From Gemmatimonadota bacterium (GTDB lineage Bacteria > Gemmatimonadota > Gemmatimonadetes > Gemmatimonadales > Gemmatimonadaceae): 57,253 nt of DNA. The stretch lies in contig JBBTJT010000058.1 of the NCBI GenBank assembly GCA_038059315.1, forward strand, positions 1 through 57,253. The letters run 5' to 3'. This document shows, in pieces, positions 27,456 through 38,950 of this stretch. Both the position numbers and the translations under genes were made by a program. Every line of letters starts with the position of its first letter. Positions within the stretch are counted from its first letter, which is position 1. The notes below the pieces were generated by a model, which was not told the origin of the DNA, did not search any database, and worked only from the letters and a program-made list of their open reading frames with translations.

Positions 27456-27931
27456 GCGCGGCGGGCTGCGTGACGCGCGACCGCGGCGAGCAGCCGCTCC
27501 TGGCGCACCCACATCGGCGACGCCGTGCGGTCGGCAGTCCCGGGATGGTCCCAGCCCAGCACGTGCAGGGTCCCGTGAATCACCAGGCGCAGGAGTTCCT
27601 CGCGTACCCCGCACCGTGCAACCTTCGCATTGTCTCGTGCCATGTCGGGGCAGATGTAGATGTCCCCCACCACTCCTTCCCCAGGCCCCGGCGCGAAGCC
27701 GAACGAGATGACGTCGGTGGCGCCTGCATGCCCGAGGTGGCGCCGGTTGAGCCGCGCCATTGCCGATCGCGACACGAGTGTCACCGACAGCAAGGCGTGG
27801 CGCACGCCCTCGGCACGAAGCACCGCGCGAGCGGCGTCGGCCAGGCGCGCGACGGAGACGGAGCCTCTCGCCCCATCGCTCGACACGCCGACGCGAAGTC
27901 CGCCACCCGGGGCACGACGAACGAGGGTCAC
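27452..27931 (-). CDS. ybeY: rRNA maturation endoribonuclease YbeY (159 aa)
   Basis: Zinc motif HGTLHVLGWDH near the C-terminus. GTG start with a GTGA overlap to the phoH stop. Conserved phoH-ybeY-corC order. Confidence 0.9.
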   Translation of the reverse strand: MTLVRRAPGGGLRVGVSSDGARGSVSVARLADAARAVLRAEGVRHALLSVTLVSRSAMARLNRRHLGHAGATDVISFGFAPGPGEGVVGDIYICPDMARDNAKVARCGVREELLRLVIHGTLHVLGWDHPGTADRTASPMWVRQERLLAAVARHAARRA

Positions 27932-28910
27932 GCGCCCTGCTCCTCGTCGGCGGCGTACGCCTTAACGATGTCGCGCACCAGCCGGTGCCGGATGATGTCG
28001 GCCTCGGCGAGGTACTGGAACGAAATGCCGTCGATGCCCGGAAGGATGCGTTCCACCTGGGTGAGCCCGCTGTCCGCGCGACTGGGCAGGTCGATCTGCG
28101 TCTTGTCGCCCGTGATGACGGCGCGCGAGTTCACGCCCAGGCGCGTGAGGAACATCTTCATCTGCGCGTTCGTCGCATTCTGCGCCTCGTCGAGGATGAC
28201 GAAGGCATCGCCCAGCGTGCGGCCGCGCATGTAGGCCAGCGGCGCAATCTCGATGGTCCGCGTCTCGAGGGCGCGCTGCATGCGTTCCGGCGGCATCATG
28301 TCCTCGAGCGCGTCGTACAGCGGGCGCAGGTAGGGATCGACCTTCGCCTGCATGTCGCCGGGAAGAAAGCCGAGCGACTCGCCCGCCTCCACCGCCGGCC
28401 GCGCCAGCACGATGCGACGCACGCGCTTGCGGGCGAGCATGTCGACGGCCACGGCCACGGCGAGATACGTCTTGCCCGTGCCCGCCGGACCGATGCTCAC
28501 CACGATGTCATTCTCGAACAGCGCACGCAGGTATTGCGTCTGGCCCTTGGACTTGGGCTGGATGACCTTGCGAACGCCGGGGAGCACGATGCGATCGGGA
28601 GCGCCATCCCCGGCGACGGGGCCCTCGATGGAGAAGCGAAGCACGTCGTCGGCGTCGAACGCCGTGCGCTGGCGCGCCGCGTCGATCATGCGCTGCGCCA
28701 CGGCCGCGGCGCGCTCCACGACATCGGCCGCCCCGGCGAGCGTCATGGCATCACCGCGCAGCGTCACGCGCACCGGGTAGATGCGCTGCAGCTCGGCGAG
28801 GTTGGCGTCGGCCACGCCGGCCAGCATCAGCAGGTCGGCGCCCTCGGTGGAGAGCTTCCTCGAGTCGCCATCGACGGCGCCGGGCACCGTGGCACGCGCG
28901 GTGGTGTCAG

Positions 28911-28914
<4 letters not shown>
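27928..28914 (-). CDS. phoH: PhoH-family ATPase (YbeZ-like, 328 aa)
   Basis: Walker A GPAGTGKTYLAVA, DEAQNAT, ITGDKTQIDLP. GTG start with a GTGA overlap to the aspS stop. Confidence 0.9.
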
Positions 28915-30700
<1,786 letters not shown>

Positions 30701-30704
<4 letters not shown>

Positions 30705-31081
30705 CGGCTCAACTCCCGGCGCGTGCGCGCCATGGCGACGAACGCGACAAGGCCAAGTGCGGCCCCCGCGACATCGGCCAGAAAGTCCCCGAGTTCCATG
30801 GATCGGCTGGGGATGAACTGCTGCTGAATCTCGGTAAATGCGCCAAACGCCGCAGCGCCGGCGAGCGCCAGCCACCACGGCCGGGCCTCAACCACGAGCG
30901 CCCGGACGATCAGCACCGACAGCACCGCGAACAAGCTGGCGTGCGCAAGCTTGTCGAGCGACACCGTGCCAAACCAGTCCAGCGTCCAGGCCTGCGGAAC
31001 CTGGGGCGGATTCGGCCAGAGAATCAGCACCTCGATCAGGAGGGCCCAGGCGAGGGTCGCTCGCCATCGGGCGGCCCTCAC
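30701..31081 (-). CDS. VanZ-like family membrane protein (126 aa)
   Basis: Start inferred at GTG 31081 (GTGA overlap with the ptsN-like stop). DKLAHASLFAVL...GAFTEIQQQFIPSRSMELGDFLADVAGAALG matches the VanZ-family pattern. Confidence 0.65.
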
Positions 31082-31533
31082 ATGGCCTCCGCGCGCTGCA
31101 ATACCGCCGCGAAAGCCGCTGCGTCGGGGGCGGAATAGAGTGCCGCGCGCAATTCGCCCCGTCGCATGAGCCGGGAGAGCCGTCCGAGCACCTTCAGATG
31201 CACGCCTCCGTCCGACGGCGGGGTGAGCAGCAGAAAGCACGCCCGCACCGGTACTCCATCCGGGGATTCGTAGTCATCCACCGCTTCGGCAATCCCGGCC
31301 GCCATGCGCAGTTCCCCTATGGCCTCGGTTCGCCCGTGTGGAACGGCCAGGCCCTCACCCATCGCCGTGCTGACCAGCGCCTCACGCGACAGCACGCTCT
31401 GGAAGACGGTCTCGACGGTCGCCGCGTTGGCGTCCGGGAGTGCCATCTCCACGAGTTCGTGAAGCAAGGCGTGACGTGAATGGCTGCCCAGCGGAACGCG
31501 AATGCGTTCGGTGGGAAGCAGCTCGGTGAGCAC
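31078..31533 (-). CDS. ptsN: PTS EIIA(Ntr)-type regulatory protein (151 aa)
   Basis: GTG start with a GGAGA Shine-Dalgarno. Phosphorylatable His context GEGLAVPHGR. VRACFLLLTP and HLKVLGRLSRL are typical of EIIA of the fructose/nitrogen family. Confidence 0.8.
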   Translation of the reverse strand: MLTELLPTERIRVPLGSHSRHALLHELVEMALPDANAATVETVFQSVLSREALVSTAMGEGLAVPHGRTEAIGELRMAAGIAEAVDDYESPDGVPVRACFLLLTPPSDGGVHLKVLGRLSRLMRRGELRAALYSAPDAAAFAAVLQRAEAM

Positions 31534-31604
31534 CCGAATCTCCGCAGGGGTGGAAACGGCGTAAATCTAACGGACAACGACACTTGGTGGTAGCGTTCGA
31601 GCGC

Positions 31605-31633
31605 TTGACCGTGCCCTGCGTGCCGGGTATCCT
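31605..31633 (+). promoter_or_regulatory. Sigma-70-like promoter TTGACC-17-TATCCT abutting the start codon (leaderless-type arrangement)
   Basis: TTGACC 31605-31610, 17-nt spacer, TATCCT 31628-31633. Tandem ATGs follow at 31637 and 31640, and the predicted +1 (7 nt after the -10) coincides with the A of the second ATG. Confidence 0.35.
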
Positions 31634-31636
31634 GCC

Positions 31637-32536
31637 ATGATGCGGCGTCTCGCGGTTCTCTCTGTCATCCTCGCGCTGTCGGCACGTTCGCTGGCGGCCC
31701 AACTGGTGCCCGGCCGCGACCTGTTGGCCTTCCCGCTCGGGCTCACCGCCGAGGCGCCGGCGCTGGGGGCCACCGCCGGCTTCGGCATCTGGAACGCCGC
31801 GAGCGTTGCCATTCCCTCCGGCAGCCGGCTGCGCATGGCCGTCGGCACGATGAGCGCCCCGGTGGACGTTGCGGTGTCGGCGCAGTTGGCCACCGTGGCC
31901 GCGCGGCTGGGCGACGGCACCACGGTGGGACTGAGCGTGGTCAGCGCCTCCGTTGCCGATCTCATCCGCACGGAGAGTAATCCGCAGTCGGTCGGCGACG
32001 AGATCCCCTACTCCACTACACTGCTCTCGGCCTTGGCGGCGCGCGAGATCGGCGTCGTCACCGTCGGGACGGCATTGCGCCTTCGCACCGGGCACGCCGA
32101 CAGCGAGCGGAGGAGCGCCGTGTCGGTGGACGTTGGCGCGACATCGCGCGGGCTCGGCCGGCGCGACGTCCGTGTGGCGGCCTCCACGTTCCTGGCCAGT
32201 CCGGCTGGTCGGCGGCAGGAGCGCATGGCGGTGCTGGCGGCGGTGGATATCCGACTCGCCGGCCTCGACTCGATGCGCACGAGCCGCGGAGGTCTGAGCG
32301 TGATGGTCGCCGACGGCCTGTCCCGCGAAGAATACGCCTTCGTGGGCACGCGCTGGGGGCGTCTCGAAGGGCGCGTTGGCGGGGCGCGGACGCAGGCGTA
32401 CGGACGCACCAACTGGAGAGCGCGCCTTGGCATCGCGTTCCATCATCAGGGCTACGCCATCGGCATCGCCCGAGAGGAGAGCGCCGGCAACCTGTCGGCG
32501 ACCTACCAGTTCTCGGTGAGCTCGGTGCTGCGATGA
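31637..32536 (+). CDS. Exported hypothetical protein, possibly outer-membrane beta-barrel (299 aa)
   Basis: Signal peptide MMRRLAVLSVILALSARSLAAQ. Alternating-residue stretches. No recognised family motif. The stop overlaps the rlmN start (ATGA). Confidence 0.6.
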   Translation: MMRRLAVLSVILALSARSLAAQLVPGRDLLAFPLGLTAEAPALGATAGFGIWNAASVAIPSGSRLRMAVGTMSAPVDVAVSAQLATVAARLGDGTTVGLSVVSASVADLIRTESNPQSVGDEIPYSTTLLSALAAREIGVVTVGTALRLRTGHADSERRSAVSVDVGATSRGLGRRDVRVAASTFLASPAGRRQERMAVLAAVDIRLAGLDSMRTSRGGLSVMVADGLSREEYAFVGTRWGRLEGRVGGARTQAYGRTNWRARLGIAFHHQGYAIGIAREESAGNLSATYQFSVSSVLR

Positions 32537-33624
32537 CCCCCACGACCGCGCGGGTGAACCTGCTCGACCTCGAGCCCGCGGCCGCCGAGTCGGCCCTGCG
32601 AGCGTTCGCCGATTCGCGAGGCGTGGGGGCGTACCGCGGCAGCCAGGCGGCGCGTCACCTGTGGACGACGCCGGTGGGGAGCTTCGCGGAGATGACCGAC
32701 CTGCCGCTGGCATTTCGCGCCGAACTCGACGCACAGTTCCGCATGCCACGCCTGGAGCTCGAGGCCGAGCAGCGATCGACGGACGGCACGCGCAAGTTCC
32801 TCTTTCGGATGCACGACGGCCAGACCATCGAGACCGTGTCCATTCCCGACGGTAAGCGCGTGACCTTCTGCATTTCATCGCAGGCCGGGTGCGCGCTGCA
32901 ATGCTCGTTCTGCGCCACCGGACTGATGGGTTTCGCGCGCAACCTGCTGCCGTCGGAGATTGCCGGCCAGGTGCGGGAGCTCGCCCTGCTCGACGAACCG
33001 CTGCAGCCGACCAACATCGTGTTCATGGGAATGGGCGAGCCGATGATGAACTGGAAGTCGGTGGATGTGGTGCTAAGCATCCTCAACGACCCGAAGGGAT
33101 GCGGCGTCGGGGCGCGGCACATCACGGTTTCCACCGTCGGGGTGCTGCCGGGCATCGAGGCGCTGGCCCTGCGCAGGGAGCAGTTCCGGCTGGCCATCTC
33201 GGTGCACGCCCCAAATGACGCGTTGCGGCGCCGGCTCATGCCGGTCAACACCAAGTTCCCCCTGGCGTCGGTGATCGACGCGGCCGCGGCGTTCGACCGG
33301 CGCGTGACGTTCGAGTACGTGATGCTCGGCGGCGTCAACGACCAGCCGGAACACGCGGAGGAACTGGCGCGCCTTGCCAAGCGCTGCGGGGCGTTCGTGA
33401 ACCTCATTCCGTTGCACGCGGGCGGCGCGGGCGACTTCACGCCGACCCCGGTGGCCGGGATCACGCGGTTTGCGCAGGCGCTCGGCCGCCTGGGCGTGGA
33501 GGTCGCCGTGCGCAAGAGCCGCGGCACGGACATCGCGGCAGCGTGCGGCCAGTTACGGGTAGAGCGTCTGCGGCGGCGGCCGCCACGATCGCCCGACGAG
33601 CACCGTGAGGTCGAGGAAGCGTAA
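32533..33624 (+). CDS. rlmN: 23S rRNA/tRNA (adenine-C2)-methyltransferase RlmN, radical SAM (363 aa)
   Basis: Radical SAM CALQCSFCATG, IVFMGMGEPMMN, HITVSTVG, ISVHAPND, NLIPLH and C-terminal DIAAACGQL. Confidence 0.92.
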   Translation: MTPTTARVNLLDLEPAAAESALRAFADSRGVGAYRGSQAARHLWTTPVGSFAEMTDLPLAFRAELDAQFRMPRLELEAEQRSTDGTRKFLFRMHDGQTIETVSIPDGKRVTFCISSQAGCALQCSFCATGLMGFARNLLPSEIAGQVRELALLDEPLQPTNIVFMGMGEPMMNWKSVDVVLSILNDPKGCGVGARHITVSTVGVLPGIEALALRREQFRLAISVHAPNDALRRRLMPVNTKFPLASVIDAAAAFDRRVTFEYVMLGGVNDQPEHAEELARLAKRCGAFVNLIPLHAGGAGDFTPTPVAGITRFAQALGRLGVEVAVRKSRGTDIAAACGQLRVERLRRRPPRSPDEHREVEEA

Positions 33625-34077
33625 CGAGTCGGGACGCGCCTCGACGCGCGCGCCACCGATGGCCTTGGCCGCTAGCGCCGCCCACTCCGGATGTCCCGTG
33701 CCGTAGAGCACCAGCGAGCTGTCCCGCCTGTCCTTTGCCGGAGCCGTCGTGGTGTTCACCACGTCGAAGCCGGCGTCGCGCAGCCAGGCGGTGGCCTGGC
33801 GACCGAGCCCGCGCACCGCCGTGGCATTCACGACCTCGACCGTGATGCGCAGGCTGTCGGGGACGACCCGGGCCGGGCGATCGGCGCGCGCATCGCCGTC
33901 CGCCGCGGGAGCGGCCAGCCCGGGCGACGCGCCGCTTCGACTGCGCACGGCGAACCAGCCGGTCGCCGAACCGCCGATGAGCACGACGACGAGCAGGCGA
34001 AGGCGAAGGCGACGGCGACGGCGGCGACGGGCATTGCGCGCCGCGATGCCCAGCGGCGCTACCGGACCGAGTTCCAC
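33553..34077 (-). CDS. LytR_C (LytR/CpsA/Psr C-terminal) domain protein with N-terminal Arg-rich segment and TM helix (about 174 aa)
   Basis: Start tentatively GTG 34077 (19-nt overlap with the yqeK stop region). RRRRRRRLRLRLLVVVLIGG anchor, then ITVEVVNATAVRGLGRQATAWLRDAGFDVVNTTTA...LVLYG. The 3' end overlaps the rlmN 3' end by 72 nt. Confidence 0.6.
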   Translation of the reverse strand: MELGPVAPLGIAARNARRRRRRRLRLRLLVVVLIGGSATGWFAVRSRSGASPGLAAPAADGDARADRPARVVPDSLRITVEVVNATAVRGLGRQATAWLRDAGFDVVNTTTAPAKDRRDSSLVLYGTGHPEWAALAAKAIGGARVEARPDSLRFLDLTVLVGRSWRPPPQTLYP

Positions 34078-34595
34078 AATTCGACCGTGGCGGGAAAGAT
34101 CCGGTTCCCCTCGCGCAGCGTCCACTCGAGGCGCATGCGGACCGCCTGCCGAAAGACGCCGTCGAAGTTGTGCGGAAGCTGGGCGGCGAGGAATGCGCGA
34201 TCGGCGTGCATGAAGCGGCGGCCCGGCTCGAGGAAGTCGGCCATGAACAGCGCCCGACCCGTGCGGTCCCAGTGCGGCGAGCCCACCGAGTGCCAGCGTA
34301 CGGCATCGAGCACGCTGAGCCGCGTCTCGCCATCGAGGGCCAATCGCGCGGCCGCCGCCGGCCCGTGCAGCAGGGCGTCGGGCATGTCGGGATTCCCCAC
34401 CAGCGGCCGCAACACCTCGGGCGCTGCATCGCGAAACGCGTCGTGCCAGCGGCCGGCGTCGTGCCACGCCTGCGCGTCGGCCGCATCGAGCCGCATCTTC
34501 GCGGCCCAGTCATCGAGCAGCCCGGTAACGCGACCGATGTGCGCGCGGCGCTTTTCGCCGACGACCGCCCATTCCGGCAGCACCGGCGCGGTCAC
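34059..34595 (-). CDS. yqeK: HD-domain bis(5'-nucleosyl)-tetraphosphatase YqeK-like protein (178 aa)
   Basis: GTG start (GTGA overlap). H..RV (AHIGRV), WHDAFRD (HD), [18 protein letters not shown] and [10 protein letters not shown] are colinear with YqeK motifs. Confidence 0.75.
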   Translation of the reverse strand: MTAPVLPEWAVVGEKRRAHIGRVTGLLDDWAAKMRLDAADAQAWHDAGRWHDAFRDAAPEVLRPLVGNPDMPDALLHGPAAAARLALDGETRLSVLDAVRWHSVGSPHWDRTGRALFMADFLEPGRRFMHADRAFLAAQLPHNFDGVFRQAVRMRLEWTLREGNRIFPATVELWNSVR

Positions 34596-36673
34596 TGCGC
34601 GCTCGCCAGCTTGCGCGCGAGGTCGCCCAGGTTGGCCGCGACGCCCCGTAGCGCGTGCGTGGCACCTTCGAGTTCCCGCAACGCAACGGCCTGGTCGGCG
34701 GCCGACGACGCGACGTGCTCGGCGCCAAGTCGGTTGCGGCTGGAGATCTCGGACACGCGCGCCACGCGCTCGCGCAGGTGCCGGAATTCGGCCTCCTGCT
34801 CGCGGGAGGTGCGGGCGATGCGCTGCGCCCGGTCGGCGCCCGTGGCGGTGGCATTCACGATGGCATCGAGTGCGCTGCGCGCCGAACTCGACAGGGCCTC
34901 GACGTCGCGCACGATCTCCCGCCCCGCCTCCATCTGCGTGCCGACCACGCGCATTTGCGACTCGAATCCGTGCAGGAGGTCGCCGGCCTCGTCGGAGGCG
35001 GCGCGACTTTCCTCGGCGAGCTTGCGCACCTCGTCGGCCACCACCGCGAAGCCGCGTCCCTGGTCGCCGGCGCGCGCCGCCTCGATGGCGGCGTTGAGGG
35101 CCAGCAGGTTGGTCTGCTCGGCCAGCTCGCGGATGGTGTGAATGAACGCCGTGATCTCCACGGTGGCGACGCGCAGCCCGTCGATCTGGCCGGAACTCTC
35201 GCCAACGAACGACTGGACGAGTTCGAGGCGCCCGATGGTGGTGCCGATGGTGTCGCGGTGCTCGCGGGCAATCTCGGTCGCGCGCCGGCTCGCCTGCTCG
35301 GCCTCGCCGCCGTCGCGCACCACGTGCTCGGTGGCCGCGAACAGGGTGTCGGTGGCCTCGAGGCTGCGCGCCACCTGCTCGCCTTCCTCGGCCAGCGCAC
35401 GCGTGATGTCGCTCCCCGTGCGCGCCACTTGTTCGCCACGCGCGCGCAGCGTCCGCGCCGACTCGGTGAGCGTCTCGATTTCCTTGCCGAGGCGGTCGAG
35501 CAGTTCGAGCATCGGCAGGCGCAGGTCGTGGATCTGCAGCGTGGTTGCCACCTGCGACGCGAAGCGCCGGATGAGCATCGCCGCCTTGGCGCCGTACATG
35601 TTGGGCTTGCGGTGCTCCAGTTCCACGACGCCGAGGCTCCGCTCGCCAAAACGCAGCGGCGCGACGGCAATCGTGCGCACGTCGCGCAGCAGATGCTCGA
35701 CGCGCTTGTCGCTCGCCGCGTCGCGCACGACCTGCAGGTCACCGGTGGCGAGCGCGAGGGCGCGAAGCGTCCGGCCATCTTCGCCCTCCGGACGACTCGG
35801 CTCCAGGAGCCCGTGCCCGCCGTGATAGATGGCCGTCAGCGACGATCCGTCGTACCGGTAGATGCGCAGGTCGGTCCAGTCCACCAGGCGATGGGCCAGC
35901 GCCTCGATGCGCCGGAAGCTCTCGCCCAGCGACATGGCCGACGACACCACCTGCTCCATGGCGAGGATGATGTTCAGCTCTTCGGCCGCGATGGACTCCT
36001 CGAGGATGCGGCGGACGAGCAGTCCGGAGAAGATCAGCACGACGACGACGAGCAGGCTCCCGATGTCGCCCAGCGACTGGACGCCGAGGAGGACCACGAT
36101 GGCGCCTATGGAACCCGCGCCGAACGTGATGAGCTCGTAGCGCAGGATCAGCGACCGTTCCTCGGGCAGCAGCTTGTCCCGGAGGATCAGCGAGAAATAG
36201 AGCAGGCCGCGACTGAAGGCGAAGTGCGCGAGGAAGAACGCGGCAATGCCCGGCAGGTTCTCGCCGACCAGCCCGGAGTGCGCGCTCGGACCGGCGTTGA
36301 CCGCGGCGACGGCGAAGACGCCGTAGGCGGCGACGAGCGCGACGACCTCGCGACCGGCGTTGATCCACGCGAAGCCGATACTCTTGCGCAAGGACAGCCA
36401 GTCGCCGAAGAACGTCCCCAGCGCGAGCGCGAACGCCGCCGTGGCGGGGCCGGCCAGCAGCGAGCCGCCCACCGCCACCATGCCCAGGAGGTTCAGCGCC
36501 GAGTACTTCGTGAGCGGCAGCTGGAAGCTGCGCAGCAGCACCGTGGCCACCGCGAGCAGGAACAACACGCCGAGGTGCAGGCTCCAAGCCGGGTCGTACC
36601 ACGACAGGACGATGAGCACCAGCGTGCCCGTGAACGGAATCAGCCGCTGCTGCAGGCGTCGCGCGAGGTTCAC
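34592..36673 (-). CDS. Polytopic membrane sensor: multi-TM + GAF + methyl-accepting chemotaxis (MA) signalling domain (693 aa)
   Basis: Start inferred at GTG 36673 (GTGA overlap with the trpA stop). About eight N-terminal helices. GAF-like [15 protein letters not shown]...[18 protein letters not shown]. Invariant MCP hairpin [41 protein letters not shown]. Confidence 0.85.
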   Translation of the reverse strand: MNLARRLQQRLIPFTGTLVLIVLSWYDPAWSLHLGVLFLLAVATVLLRSFQLPLTKYSALNLLGMVAVGGSLLAGPATAAFALALGTFFGDWLSLRKSIGFAWINAGREVVALVAAYGVFAVAAVNAGPSAHSGLVGENLPGIAAFFLAHFAFSRGLLYFSLILRDKLLPEERSLILRYELITFGAGSIGAIVVLLGVQSLGDIGSLLVVVVLIFSGLLVRRILEESIAAEELNIILAMEQVVSSAMSLGESFRRIEALAHRLVDWTDLRIYRYDGSSLTAIYHGGHGLLEPSRPEGEDGRTLRALALATGDLQVVRDAASDKRVEHLLRDVRTIAVAPLRFGERSLGVVELEHRKPNMYGAKAAMLIRRFASQVATTLQIHDLRLPMLELLDRLGKEIETLTESARTLRARGEQVARTGSDITRALAEEGEQVARSLEATDTLFAATEHVVRDGGEAEQASRRATEIAREHRDTIGTTIGRLELVQSFVGESSGQIDGLRVATVEITAFIHTIRELAEQTNLLALNAAIEAARAGDQGRGFAVVADEVRKLAEESRAASDEAGDLLHGFESQMRVVGTQMEAGREIVRDVEALSSSARSALDAIVNATATGADRAQRIARTSREQEAEFRHLRERVARVSEISSRNRLGAEHVASSAADQAVALRELEGATHALRGVAANLGDLARKLASAQ

Positions 36674-37443
36674 GCGGCACACTCGTCGAGCGCGGCCCGG
36701 AGCTCGCCCGCCAGGGTCACGGCCGCCCGCACGGACTCGCCGGCGGCCCGGACGATCGCGCTCCCCACGACGATGCCGTCGGCCAGCGCGCCGACGGCGC
36801 GCGCCTGGTCGGGGCTGGAAATGCCGAACCCGACGCAGATGGGCAACGTGCAGACCGAGCGCAGCGTGGCGATGGTCCGGGGCAGGTCTGGAGGAAGTTC
36901 CTCGCTCACGCCGGTGACGCCGAGGCGCGAGATGAGATAGACGAAACCGCGCCCGTGCCGCGCGATGCTCGCCATGCGGTCGAGGGGCGTGGTGGGCGCG
37001 ACGAGGCGCACGAGGTCGAGCGGTCCCCCGCCAAGCCACGCCTCACGCGCCGGATCACTGCCCACCGGAAGGTCGGTCACCAGGACGCCGTGGACGCCGG
37101 CGTCCGCCGCGCGCTGCAGCACCGCCGGTCCGGCGGCAATCAGCGGATTGAGGTAGCTGAAGAGGACCACGGGAATGCCCAGCCGCGCCCGCGACACCAG
37201 CCCGAGCGCGCCGTCCAGGTGCACGCCGTGCGACAGCGCCACCTGCGAACTGGCCTGGATGACCGGACCGTCGGCCATGGGATCGGAGAACGGGACGCCG
37301 ACCTCAAGGACGTCCGCCCCCGCGGCCTCGAGTCCCTGCCAGAGCGCGATGCTGCGCTCGGGATCGGGGTGCCCCGCGGTGGCGTAACACACGAGTGCGC
37401 GGCGTCCCTGCGCACGGAGCGCGTCGAAGCGGGCGGTCAGCAC
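36670..37443 (-). CDS. trpA: Tryptophan synthase alpha chain (257 aa)
   Basis: GTG start. [42 protein letters not shown] and [11 protein letters not shown] are canonical TrpA blocks. Confidence 0.93.
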   Translation of the reverse strand: MLTARFDALRAQGRRALVCYATAGHPDPERSIALWQGLEAAGADVLEVGVPFSDPMADGPVIQASSQVALSHGVHLDGALGLVSRARLGIPVVLFSYLNPLIAAGPAVLQRAADAGVHGVLVTDLPVGSDPAREAWLGGGPLDLVRLVAPTTPLDRMASIARHGRGFVYLISRLGVTGVSEELPPDLPRTIATLRSVCTLPICVGFGISSPDQARAVGALADGIVVGSAIVRAAGESVRAAVTLAGELRAALDECAA

Positions 37444-37450
37444 GGCGGTC

Positions 37451-38950
37451 TCAGACGAAGTAGTCGCCGACGCGAATACCGTAGCGATCGGGGTCCGCGG
37501 TCTTGATGATGGTCCGGCGGAAGTCGCCGGACTCGTTGCGTTCGGCGAGGTCGACCAATTCGCCGGGATACTGCACGTTCCCGAGGTCGTCGCTCACGAT
37601 GCGGACGACCGGGCGCGAGAGCATGTCCGGGTCGGCACTCGCCGCGTGCACGATGGCCAACTCGAAGGTGTCGAGCACGAGGAACGTCCCCACGGGGTAG
37701 ATGCCCAGCATGTTGATGAAGGCCTTGACGATCACCGGGTCCATGCCGCGCCGGGCGTTGTCCCGCATCTCCTGCAGCACCGCCGACGGCGCCATGGGCG
37801 TCGTCTGGTAGCTGCGCCGCGAGGTGGCCGCGTCGAAGCCGTCGGCGACCGCGACGATCTTGGAGTAGAACGTCAGGTCCTTGGTGCGCAGGCTGCGCGG
37901 GTACCCGGTGAGGTCCCGCTTCATGTGGTGCTGAAAGGCCACCAGCATGGAGCGATAGGGGAACTCCTGCTGGTCGCGCACGGAAAACAGCGCCAGCACG
38001 CCCAGCCACGGATGCGCCGCGATCATCCGCCACTCTTCGTCGGTGAGGACGTCGGCCTTGTTGATGACGTCCAGCGGCACACGCGACTTGCCGATGTCGT
38101 GGAAGAGCGCGGCCATGCCCAGGTCGTACAGCTGCAGGCGCGTGAGCGCGAGCCGCCGGCCGAGCGCGATGGAAAAGATGCACACGTTCACCGAGTGGGT
38201 GAACGTGTAGTCGTCGTAGTCGCGAATGGTGGTCAACCCGACCAGCGAGGTCTCGTCGGAGAGAATCTGGTCGACGATGCCCTGCACCACGCGCTTGATC
38301 TTGCCGATGTTCGCGCTCTGCCCCATCCGGACGGAGTTGATCACGTCCTTGGTGGCCTCCACCGACCGGGTGTACGTGCGCTTGGCCTTCTCCTTGGCCT
38401 CCACCACCTGGCCGCCATGGTCCTCGTCCGACTCCACCAGCGGGGCCAGCTCGAAGACGTCGACGCCGGTCTCCTCGAGGCGGCGGTGCAGCGCCTCGTA
38501 GCGCTCCGTCGAGTCGGTGCCCTGCGGGTTCGTCAGGAAGCCGAGGACAACGGTCCAGTCGCGGGTGGCCGGCACGCGCCGCGTCCGCAGCGTGCCGATG
38601 CCGTTCTGCCGGAACTGCGTCAGCAGGGCGCTGAAGCTCGAGTAGTTGTCGAGGTCGAGGCGCAGTCGCGTGCTGTTGACGAAGATGAACTCCCCCGCCA
38701 CCCGGAACTCGCACTCCTTCTCGTGCGCAATGAGGTCGCCGGTGATCACCGAGAGTTCCTGCAGCGACTGCTGCACCACCGCGTTCTCGAACGGATACAG
38801 CCTGAGGTTCCGCATCGTGCCGTAGAACGCGAGGATGAACGCCCGGCTCGCCACCCGCACGTACGCTTCACCGGTGGCCTCGCTCATGGCCTGCAGCGAC
38901 ACCGAGCCACGCATGGAGATCGACGCGCGCGGGGGGGTTGGGACGGTCAC
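37451..38950 (-). CDS. HD-GYP domain phosphodiesterase with about 270-aa N-terminal sensory region
   Basis: FHDIGKSRVP, HHMKRDLTGYPRS and VADGFDAATSRRSYQ (HD-GYP signature). Start uncertain: GTG 38950 (GTGA overlap with the HEAT gene stop), ATG 38914 or ATG 38887. Confidence 0.85.
   Translation of the reverse strand: MTVPTPPRASISMRGSVSLQAMSEATGEAYVRVASRAFILAFYGTMRNLRLYPFENAVVQQSLQELSVITGDLIAHEKECEFRVAGEFIFVNSTRLRLDLDNYSSFSALLTQFRQNGIGTLRTRRVPATRDWTVVLGFLTNPQGTDSTERYEALHRRLEETGVDVFELAPLVESDEDHGGQVVEAKEKAKRTYTRSVEATKDVINSVRMGQSANIGKIKRVVQGIVDQILSDETSLVGLTTIRDYDDYTFTHSVNVCIFSIALGRRLALTRLQLYDLGMAALFHDIGKSRVPLDVINKADVLTDEEWRMIAAHPWLGVLALFSVRDQQEFPYRSMLVAFQHHMKRDLTGYPRSLRTKDLTFYSKIVAVADGFDAATSRRSYQTTPMAPSAVLQEMRDNARRGMDPVIVKAFINMLGIYPVGTFLVLDTFELAIVHAASADPDMLSRPVVRIVSDDLGNVQYPGELVDLAERNESGDFRRTIIKTADPDRYGIRVGDYFV

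Noticed and set aside
33461-34513. 350-aa and 304-aa minus-strand ORFs spanning the yqeK/LytR_C region as if they were one large gene.
   Set aside because: Motif content shows two genes in different frames: YqeK HD motifs in 34059..34595 and a LytR_C domain in the 3' part of 33553..34467. The remaining N-terminal extensions are Arg/Pro-rich frame artefacts that overlap yqeK.
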